A DNA stretch of 58,579 nt, taken from positions 1 to 58,579 of the forward strand of contig SCSU01000061.1 in NCBI GenBank assembly GCA_004299275.1. Direction: 5' to 3'. This stretch comes from Patescibacteria group bacterium (GTDB lineage Bacteria > Patescibacteriota > Patescibacteriia > 2-12-FULL-57-11). Positions 47,933 through 56,900 of this stretch are shown in pieces. A model generated the notes under the pieces. It was given only the letters and a program-made list of their open reading frames with translations. It had not been told where the DNA came from and made no database searches. The first letter of the stretch is position 1; each line of letters opens with the position of its first letter. Position numbers and translations under genes: made by a program.

Positions 47933-49099
47933 ATGCTTCAACCCGGCGGCTCGCAAATATTCTGGAAGTACTTGGTCGCCCACCCCTCGCGTCAGGTGAG
48001 GGAACTTTTTCTTTCCACGGCGATTATGGATTTCGCCGTCGCGGCGATTACGATTTTTGAGCCGATTTACCTGTTCAAAATCGGTTTCAGCATTCCTCAA
48101 ATCATCCTTTTTTATCTAAGCATTTACGGCTTTTACTTTGTCATCCAACCCCTGGGCGGCAAAATTACCCGCTCGCGCGGCTACGAGCACGGGATTATTT
48201 TTTCCACGCCTTTTTTGATTCTTTATTATCTGTCGCTTTTTGCCATCCCTTACTCGCCGCTCTTCGCCGCGGTCGCGGTGATTGCCTTCGCCATCCAAAA
48301 AACTCTTTACTGGCCCGGGTTTCACGCCGACTTCGCCCGTTTCGGTTCGGTCGCCGAACGCGGCCGGGAATTCGGCGCGCTGGTTTTTTTGCTCTCCATC
48401 TCGGCGGTAACCGGGCCGGTTTTCGGCGGTCTCATCCTCAAATTTTTTGGCTTCCCCGCGCTTTTCGTGATTGTCTCTTTGATTATTCTGCTATCGAACA
48501 TTCCGCTTTTAACCACGCCCGAAAAGTTTAAACCGCGCGAACTTTCTTACCGCGACGCTTACAAACGGCTCTTTCGCCCCGAGCACCGGCGGCTCGTCCT
48601 CGCCCATATCGGCTATGGCGAGGAATTGTTCGCGGCAGTTCTTTGGCCGCTCATGATGTTTTCGATCATCGGTCATTTTGCCACACTAGGTTTGATCGTA
48701 ACTTTGGGGACGCTCTTTACCGCCGTCGTCGGCTTTGTCATCGGGCGGCTCACCGACACCGCCCCGCGCCGCAGCATCCTCCGATTGGGCGGAATTTTTA
48801 CGGCGCTCTCTTGGCTCACGCGTATCACCGTTGCCTCGCCGTTAGCGGTGCTCGGCATCGAGGCCATCTACCGCTCTGGACGCATGGCCCAGGCATTGCC
48901 CATGACGGCCATGACCTACGACCGCGGCCGGGAGTACTCGGTCACCAAAACCGCGCTCCTCTTCGAGATGGCCGTGGTGATCGGCAAGGCGTCGGCCGCG
49001 CTCTTCGCGCTCCTCGCTTTTATTTTCGCGCCGGATTACGCTTGGCCGATTGTCTATCTGCTCGCCGCGGCGTATACGCTGTTGTATTTGGTGTTTTAA
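47933..49099 (+). CDS. MFS-type transporter
   Basis: 388 aa with about 12 hydrophobic segments. Confidence 0.75.
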   Translation: MLQPGGSQIFWKYLVAHPSRQVRELFLSTAIMDFAVAAITIFEPIYLFKIGFSIPQIILFYLSIYGFYFVIQPLGGKITRSRGYEHGIIFSTPFLILYYLSLFAIPYSPLFAAVAVIAFAIQKTLYWPGFHADFARFGSVAERGREFGALVFLLSISAVTGPVFGGLILKFFGFPALFVIVSLIILLSNIPLLTTPEKFKPRELSYRDAYKRLFRPEHRRLVLAHIGYGEELFAAVLWPLMMFSIIGHFATLGLIVTLGTLFTAVVGFVIGRLTDTAPRRSILRLGGIFTALSWLTRITVASPLAVLGIEAIYRSGRMAQALPMTAMTYDRGREYSVTKTALLFEMAVVIGKASAALFALLAFIFAPDYAWPIVYLLAAAYTLLYLVF

Positions 49100-49100
49100 T

Positions 49101-49182
49101 ATGCCCGGTAGTGAAACGCCGACGGCAAGCCGGACACAGACCTTGAAGGTCTGTAAAAACGGACCTTCAAGGTCTGTGTGTA
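49101..49182 (+). promoter_or_regulatory. rsmA leader: uORF head (ATGCCCGGTAGTGAAACGCCGAC) fused to the family C module
   Basis: The first 9 codons, MPGSETPTA, match the nrdJ/valS uORF heads. There is no 3' arm. The frame is open into rsmA. Confidence 0.6.
49134..49180. repeat. GACCTTGAAGGTC double-palindrome module (family C, copy 3 of 3)
   Basis: ACACAGACCTTGAAGGTCTGTAAAAACGGACCTTCAAGGTCTGTGTG. Confidence 0.85.
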
Positions 49183-49988
49183 TGGATTTAACCGACCGTA
49201 CAGAATTGCGCGCGCTTCTTGCCCGCCACGGCATCACGCTGGCCAAAACCTACGGCCAGCATTTTTTGGTTGACCGCCGCGTGCTGGAGATGATTGTGGA
49301 AACAGCCTTCCCTATTCCCTATACCCTATTCCCTATACCCCTAGTTTTCGAGGTCGGCCCCGGCGCCGGCACGCTCACGCGTGAACTTGCGGCGCGCGCC
49401 GGGCGCGTCATCGCCGTTGAGCGCGACCCGCGTTTTTTGCCCGTGCTCGAGGAGACGCTCAGCGAGTTTGGCAATGTTCAAATCATCGAAGCCGACGCCT
49501 TAAAAATCTCCTTCAGTCAACTCACCCCTCCCTATACCCTAGACCCTAGACCCTATACCCTTGTCTCCAACCTCCCTTACGAAATCACCACGCCTTTTCT
49601 CTGGAAAATTTTGGAAGAGGAGCCGGTTGTGCCGGCGCAAGCCGTCCTCTTAATCCAAGCCGATGTCGCCGAGCGAATTCTGGCCAAGCCGCCCAAGATG
49701 AATCTGCTCGCGCTTTTGGTCCAGCTCTCGGGCGAGGTGAAACTTGTCCGCAAGGTTCCGGCTTCGGCATTTTTTCCGCCGCCGCGGGTCCAGAGCGCGA
49801 TTATTGAAATCATCCCCAGATTGGATATCCGCCAAGCGCCAAGCGCTAAGCGCCAAGCTCTTTCCTTGGCCCGCCGCGCTTTTGCCAACCCCCGCAAAAA
49901 ATTAGGCAATACTTTGGGCAATCAGGCCGGGCGTTTTGCCGCTCGCCGGCCCGGGGAGCTCGGGGTGGAGGACTGGCTGGAGTTGTGA
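49183..49988 (+). CDS. rsmA: 16S rRNA (adenine1518/1519-N6)-dimethyltransferase RsmA/KsgA with three in-frame heptamer insertions
   Basis: MDLTDRTELRALLARHGITLAKTYGQHFLVD...EVGPGAGTLT...SNLPYEITTP. Start set at ATG 49183; the track ORF (49050) reads through the leader repeats. Confidence 0.85.
49311..49338. repeat. heptamer array CCTATTC CCTATAC CCTATTC CCTATAC inside rsmA
   Basis: Direct reading. Encodes FPIPYTLFPIP just before the EVGPGAGTLT SAM motif. Confidence 0.9.
49530..49560. repeat. heptamer array CCCTATA CCCTAGA CCCTAGA CCCTATA inside rsmA
   Basis: Direct reading. Encodes PPYTLDPRPYT just before SNLPY. Confidence 0.9.
49831..49858. repeat. heptamer array GCCAAGC GCCAAGC GCTAAGC GCCAAGC inside rsmA
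   Basis: Direct reading. Encodes RQAPSAKRQAL. Confidence 0.9.
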
Positions 49989-50002
49989 TTTATGCTCGCC
50001 AG

Positions 50003-50033
50003 AGGTTCGACCTCCTCGGGAGGTCGAACCTCG
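50003..50033 (+). terminator. 31-nt palindrome 14 nt after the rsmA stop (family B, copy 2)
   Basis: GAGGTTCGACCTCC-TCG-GGAGGTCGAACCTC. Its flanks also match the ileS copy in the same gene-relative orientation. Confidence 0.6.
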
Positions 50034-50108
50034 TGCTCGCCCACTTCGCTATTGCCCTGTTTTCCTTTATAATAATCTCAAACCACGCCGAGGCGTGGAT
50101 ATTCGCGT

Positions 50109-50741
50109 ATGGTTCAATCTTCCTGGTCTGATTCGCACCGTCTCTCGCTCGCCGTGCTGGCCGGCGCGACGGCGGTTATGCTCTCTTTCGGCTTTCTTTC
50201 CATTGGCCGGGCCATCCAGCGGCCTTTTGAACCCAAGGGTCCCCCCACTAAAACCTACGACGAACAGGCCAAGGAGGCGGAGCAGGCCCTCAAGGTCAAG
50301 GACACGGACGGCGATGGGCTCTCCGACTGGGATGAAATTAAAATTTATAACACCAGCGCCTATATCGCCGACACCGACTCGGACGGCAAGAGCGACGGCG
50401 AGGAAGTAAAAATGGGCGAAGACCCCAACTGCCCCGCCGGCAAAACCTGCGCGAGCTCGGCCGCCTATCTCGCTCCGCCGGCCAAAGTTGACCCCGAGGA
50501 CCTGCTTAATAATTCCGCCAATCCTTTTGAAAATATTTTCCAAAGTTCCGGCTCGGCGCTGGATGTCTCCCTGCTCGCCGCTTTTGACGCCCCCAAGATT
50601 CGCGCGCTCCTTAAGGCCTCGGGCGTCGCCCAGGACACTTTGGACAAACTCACCGACAGCCAGCTTGAAGCTATATATAAGGAAGCTCTCGCCGACCAAG
50701 TGCCGACCTCCACCGCAAAATCCGTTCTGGGAGCACAATAA
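50109..50741 (+). CDS. membrane-anchored protein with thrombospondin type-3-like calcium-binding repeats
   Basis: N-terminal TM helix, then DTDGDGLSDWDE and DTDSDGKSDGEE. Confidence 0.65.
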   Translation: MVQSSWSDSHRLSLAVLAGATAVMLSFGFLSIGRAIQRPFEPKGPPTKTYDEQAKEAEQALKVKDTDGDGLSDWDEIKIYNTSAYIADTDSDGKSDGEEVKMGEDPNCPAGKTCASSAAYLAPPAKVDPEDLLNNSANPFENIFQSSGSALDVSLLAAFDAPKIRALLKASGVAQDTLDKLTDSQLEAIYKEALADQVPTSTAKSVLGAQ

Positions 50742-50745
50742 TAAT

Positions 50746-50787
50746 GTGAGTAGTGAGTAGAACGTAGAACATAGAACGTAGTATTTA
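50746..50787. repeat. heptamer array GTGAGTA GTGAGTA GAACGTA GAACATA GAACGTA GTATTTA
   Basis: Direct reading. Starts 5 nt after the stop codon. Confidence 0.8.
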
Positions 50788-50790
50788 TTC

Positions 50791-50895
50791 GTCATCTCGA
50801 CCAAGGTGGAGAGATCTCCAATTCGTCAATGCGATAAGAACTGAAGATCCCTCGACCCCGGTCCGACGTAACGTCGGACCTTCGCTCGGGATGAC
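50791..50895 (+). repeat. structured repeat, family D (copy 2), with a nested CCGACG hairpin
   Basis: GTCATCTCGACCAAGGTGGAGAGATCTCCAATTCG...CTGAAGATCCCTCGACCCCGGTCCGACGTAACGTCGGACCTTCGCTCGGGATGAC. Confidence 0.8.
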
Positions 50896-50900
50896 ATCTG

Positions 50901-50964
50901 CTCACGACTCACGATCCCGCCTTTGGCGGGACCCCCCGCCGCTGGCGGGGTGGCTCACTACGCC
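50901..50964 (+). repeat. double-hairpin repeat, family E (copy 2), immediately upstream of the giant ORF
   Basis: CTCACGACTCACGATCCCGCCTTTGGCGGGACCCCCCGCCGCTGGCGGGGTGGCTCACTACGCC. Confidence 0.85.
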
Positions 50965-50965
50965 A

Positions 50966-53900
50966 ATGTCTCCTTCCGCTCGCCGCCGAGCCGCACTCAC
51001 GCTTGTCTGTCTCTTCCTCACTGCGGAGGTTGGTGTTTTTGGTTTGGCCGCGGCGGCCAACGCCCAAGGCGGCGCGGTGACAATCCTCCCTTCTCCAGCG
51101 GCCGGCATCGGGCCGGTTTTTGTCCGCACCGATGTCGGCGTCCGGGACTCGGTCCGCTTCGGCCTCTTGGCCACGCTCCTGATGAGTTCCTTGAACGCGA
51201 TTAATTATTTTGCCCAAAAAATCGCTTTTGACTACGCCGAGCAGGTCTCCGAAGGCGGGCCCGGGCAGAAGCCGCTCTTTTTTACCGAGGATTGGAAAGA
51301 TTATCTCAGGGATGTCGCTCTGGATTCAGTCGGCGAATTTTTGGGCACGCTAAACCAGTCCGGACTCCTGCCGTTTAACGTCTGCGCGCCGAGCATCAAC
51401 ATTGTTGTCCCCTTGGCCTTGGGCATCCTCTTTGACGATTACCGGCCGCCCAAGCCCAAGTGCGAATGGAAGGCGATACAGGCCGCTTACAAAAATCTTA
51501 CTTTTAACCTGACCACCGACCTCTCGCTCAAGGCCACGGCCTCAATGTTTGAGCCGGGCCAGTCGGAGTTGGACGCCGCGATTCGCGCCGCTTCGCTGGC
51601 GCGCCAGCGCATTCCGCCGGTCCAAAACCCGGCGGCGCTCGCGCGCTCCTCCGGCCGGGGCTTCCTCGACCTTCGGAGTCCGCTGTCGCGGAATGTCCTC
51701 ACGCCCGCCGAGCTCATCCGCCACCAGACCTTGGCGGAAACCGTGGATGAACCGAACAGGGCCAAAGACCTCTCCTGGCGGGGCTCGTGGGAGGTGATTA
51801 AAGCCGCGCCGGAGAATATCGGGCTGGCCGCTTTAAACACTTTTATCACCCATTTAGTTTCTAAACTGATTCAAAAGGCGCTCAAGGGTTTGCTGTTTCA
51901 CCCGCCGGACCAGCCTGTCTGCAACCTCGGCATCGCCGGCTGCAGCGGCGGCATGGCTGACCAAAATGCCGGCAATAATCCGGAGGATTTAGGCACGGCG
52001 CGTCGCCTGAACGCCGACCTGATTACGCCCGCGCTCCAGTCCGACGCCCGCTATGATATCCTAACCGAACTCGCCACCTGCCCGGATAAATTTCGCACGC
52101 CCAATAATTGCGCCGTGGACACCCAGCTCGCGGCGCTCGTCGGCCAGGGGCCGCGGGACGGCAAATACTTCACGGTCAAAGAAGCGCTGGACGCCGGGTA
52201 TCTGCACGGCGACTGGCCGCTCATCTCCAACTCCGAGACGCACCGCGCGCGAAACGCCGACCCCTACTGTTTTGCCAGCGGCTATTGCTACTCTAACTTG
52301 GTCAAATTGCGCAAGGCGCGGATTTTGCCCGTCGGCTGGGAGCTCGCCGCGGCCAAAAGTCCGGCTGACCCGGTCAAACTTTCCGAAGTCGTCGCCAAAT
52401 TCAACGACTGTCCCACGCCCGAGGACCCCAACCCCGCCAATCATCCCTGGTGCAAACTCATTGACCCCAACTGGATATTGAAAGTGCCTGTTACCCAGTG
52501 CCGGCTCCGCGGCTTTGGCGCCACGATGCTCGACGACCAGGGCGGCGGCCGGGCGGAAATCTGTCTGGATCAGCCCTCCTGCATGCAAGAGGACAAAAAC
52601 GGCAACTGCTTGGTCGGTTACGGCTATTGCGCCCGCGAAAAAAATATCTGGCGAATCGGCGGCCGCGAGTGTCCGAGCGCCTACGCCTCCTGCGCCAGTT
52701 TTGCCGGCCGCGCTGGCGAGTCGCTGACCGTGCTCCAGTCCAGTTTGGACCAAGGCGTCTGCAACGCGGAGAATGTCGGCTGCCGCGCTTATTCCACAGT
52801 CCGCGACAGTAAGGACGCGAGCGCTTGGCTCTATTCCCCGGGCCGTGACCGCGTTTTCCTGAATCGACAGGTGAGCGCTTGCGAGGCCAAGGACGCCGGC
52901 TGCGGCAAGGTTATAGATAAAGAAGGTCTGCGCCGGAATTTGGTGCTGAATTCCTCGTTTGAGGAAGATGTCGCGCCGAATGCCGGGCTCTTCGCCCGCT
53001 ACTGGACCAAGGCCGAGTGGGGCACGCAGTGGTTAAGCGACCAAGCCATGAGCCGGAGCGGCAGTCATTCGCTCGCGCCGCCGGACTACCAAAAATCCAA
53101 TGATGTTGACGTCGCGGTCAAGCAGACCGTTAACCTCGACCCCAACGCGACCTACACCGTGTCTTTTTACGGCCGGCAGGAGAAAACCGGAGAAAAAGGC
53201 GGTTTAATTTTGCGGCTGGGGGTGCTCTCGGACGCCGGGGTTGTGCCCATAGCCGACAGCGCCACCAACTGCGCCGCGAATGGTGAGTGGCGGGCGCTCT
53301 TTGGCGTTCCGGCCGGTGTCGGCTGGGAACGCTATTCCTGCACCCTCGTTTTGCCGCCGAAGGTTTTCACTCCGCCCGGCTACGCCAAACCGGTAACGCA
53401 GACCGGCCAGCTCGCCGTGAACTTGTATCGCATCGGCGACCGGCCCTTGGTTGACGACTTGCAGATTGAAGACGGCTCTCGCGCCACCGACTATCACGGC
53501 TCCGCTTTTGAGGGCGGCGCGCTGGTGACGCTCAAAACGCCGCCGGAGTACCTCGGCTGTAGCGGCGAGGCGGCCAAAGACCCCAAGGACTGCGGCCGCT
53601 ACGCCCAAGTCTGCCGTTCGGACGAAGTCGGCTGTGACCGTTTTACTCCGCTCGAGGGCGGCATCGCGCTCACGGCCGTGGTTTCGGGGAATGACGGCTG
53701 TCCCTCCGAGTGCGTCGGCTATGAGACCTTTAGAAAAGAAGAGACAAACTACGACACCGCCAGCTATCCGCTCTACTTCATCCCCAAGACCGCGGCCTCT
53801 TGCGGCGCGGCCGCTAACGGCTGTTCGGAGTTCACCAATTTAGACACGCAGGCCGCCGGCGGGGAGGCGCGGGAATACTTTACTTATCTCCGGCCCTGCG

Positions 53901-56900
53901 AGCGGCCGACCGCCGAAGTCCCCACCTACTACACTTGGGAGGGCTCAGACACCGCCGGCTATCAGCTCAAAGAGTGGCACCTCAAAGTCGGCGCCGCGTT
54001 CCCCAATGAGCCGGCCGGAACAACCGGCGTCAAACCGCCGGCCACGGTGCCCGGTTACAACCCCGCTTTCTGCACCAAGGCCATTTACCAGTCCGGCGGC
54101 GACCCCGACTGCCGCGAGTTTTTGGACGCCGACGGCAAAGTTTATTATCGGCTGTATTCCAAAACCATCATCATCACGAGCGACTGCCATCCTTACCGCC
54201 TGACTAAAGCGCCGGAGGACACCTCAGTCAAATCCGAGAACGCCTGCACCGGCGGCAAGCACTGGGCCGTCGGCAAATGCCTCGTCTGCGAAGACCTGGG
54301 GGGAACTTGGAACGCCGCGGCCGGCGAATGTACCTTTTACGGTTTGCGCTCCGAGTCCAACACCTGTTCATCGGCCGAGAACGGCTGCCGGCTGTTTACC
54401 GGCAACGCCGGCGGCAACGTCCAGACGATGCTCACCGAGACCTTTGAGGGCGCGCTTTCCTCTGGCTGGCTCAATACTCTAAAAGCCAACCCGAGCACGG
54501 TCGCGACCTCCACCGAGTCCACGGTCGTGGGCGGCGCTTCGCTCAAAATCACCGGCTCGCTCGCGGCCGCTTACAATTTTGTCACTTCCACTCCGCCCGC
54601 GCTCACCCAAGGCGACTTGTATCTCCTGAATTTTTGGGCCAAGGGCGCGAACGGTAATTTTGCCAACCTGAGTTTTACCAACCCCACGACCAATGAGACC
54701 GTCAAATTCCTCGACCCGGCGGTAAAACAAGTCGGGCTCACCGGCAACTGGAAGGCCTACAGCTTCGGCCCGGTGGTTTTGACCATTAACCCTAAATCCG
54801 CGGACGCGGTTAAGGGCATCAATCTTTCGTTCGCCGCCGGGATGCCGGGCAATTCGTCGTGGTATCTGGACAACATTGAGCTTAAAAAAATCGGGAGTGC
54901 CGTCGCCGCGATTGACGGCTCGTGGAAAACCCCGGCGATTTGCGACCAGAGTCCGGCCGGAGCGCCCCTGCCCCAGTATTACCTTGGTTGTGCCAGCTAC
55001 ACCGACCGCACCGACGCGACGCGCAACCTCCGTTCCTTTGACCGGCTCTGCCGTAGCGCCGCGGTCGGCTGCCGCGCCTATCTGGATACCCGCAACAACG
55101 ATTTTATCGGTTATGAGTACTGGAACGCCTTGGCGACTTTGCCGGTGAAGGCCACGGTTCCCACGCCGGTCAAGGGTTCTTACAGTGAGACCGTGTGCAC
55201 TGTTTCGCCCGAGCAGTCCTCCTGCCGTTATAACTTAAAGAGCGGCAACCGCCCGGCTTTGAATATCTTGGGGACAGTAGTTGAGTGCAGCCGGCCGGAT
55301 AAAAGCGAGGGCTCCTGTTCCATTGACGGAACTTACATCTGTGAGGTGAAAAAAGGGGAGACCAAATGCGCCGGGAGCCCCTCGGACCTCGTCACCGTGC
55401 CGCCGGACCGGACAGTGTACCTCGTGGACGCCGAAGGCAAGCGCTGTGACGCCTCGCAAGCCGGCTGCAGCGAGGTCGGAGCGCCGCAGGGTTCGGTTTG
55501 CGGCCTGCTCTCGCCCTGTAAGCCCTCCGGCGGCGCCGTCACCTGCAAATGCGAGGCGCCGGTTGAGAACTGCGGCTACAACGCCCAAAACCAGTTTATC
55601 TGTTCCGCCAAAAACCAATTCGTCTGCGATGTGCCGAGCGGCCAGAGCTCCTGCACCTATGCCCTGCCGCAAAACGAGCCCTACGGCAAACTGTCTTATA
55701 CCAGCAAAAATTTGATTTTAAATCCGGAGCTCTACCAAACCCAGGTCTGCTCCGGCCCGGCGGTTGGCTGTGAGGAATGGAAATCAGCCAATAGGAACGC
55801 CCCGGGAATCGCTTACTTCAAAACACCGGACGGCCGCTACTGCGAGTATCGGGAAAAGGTGCAAATAAACGGCGCCGAGTACTCCGGCTACTTTCTGCAA
55901 GGTAAGGATTCGCCTTGCGACCCGACTTACGTGATCGGCGGCAACTACTACGGCCTGCGCAAAACCGGCGACGCCAATTACAAGGGCTATGTCGGCTCCT
56001 GCTCCTCGGAGTTCGCCGGCTGCACCGAGTTTATTGACCACGCCGACCTGACGGTTAAACAAATCGGTAACAAGTTCGTCGCCGACCCGGCCCGCTACTA
56101 CTACGTCAAAGACCAGAGCATTGACGACGCCTCCTGCAACGGCCAGGCGTCGCCCAAAGAGGGTTGCCTGCTGCTTGAAGACACGAGCAAACCCGAGATT
56201 AGTTATTCCGCGGTCGGCACTTACGGTGACAGCGCCAACAAGGACTACCGGCTCGTGCCCGCCCGGCCCGGCTACTGCGGCTACAAGATTGACTGCGCCA
56301 ACGGCGCGCCGGTCCAAAACATCATCGGCAACCTCGGCGCCGGCTGGGTCGCGCCGTTCTATAACACGCTCGAGGACTATCTGGCCAACCCGCAGTTCTG
56401 GCCCTTTGCCAGCAAGGGCTATCAGAAAGACATTTTGAAAAAGGAATTTTTCTACCGCGCAAGCTTTACCCCCAAAGACGCCAAGGATGTCTGCCAGCTG
56501 ATAAAAAAACTCTTCAACGCCGACCTGCCCTTTACCTACGCCGGTCGGGGCTGCAGCGTCAAGCAGGATTGCGCGGGCAACGGCTTGGACGCGAGCGCCG
56601 ACTGCGTGGCCGCGAGTTCGGAATTTACTCCGTCCGCGCCGGCCAACTCGGTGGTTAAGGTCAGCCGCGACCGCGTCTGCGGCGCTTGGTTCGCCTGCAA
56701 GAGCTCTTCTCCGGTTTTTGACCCGCGCACCAACCGCTTCCGTGAGGTTTGCGACCAAATCGGACTTTGCGATCAAGCCTCGCTTGCCGAACAAAAGGAC
56801 ACGAGCAAGGTGGACATCACTCTCTGCAAACGGTGGGTCAACGACGCCGAGTCCAGGCAAATTCTTTCGGAAAAATTGTACCGCGAGCGGGATGTCTCTT

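Noticed and set aside
50791-50895. Hammerhead ribozyme in the family D repeat (CTGAAGA resembles the CUGANGA core)
   Set aside because: The other copy reads TTGAAGA at that position. I could not place a GAAA box and three helices in the required arrangement.
50891-50965. Alternative start of the giant ORF at ATG 50891
   Set aside because: It would translate the family E repeat. ATG 50966 gives a textbook signal peptide immediately.
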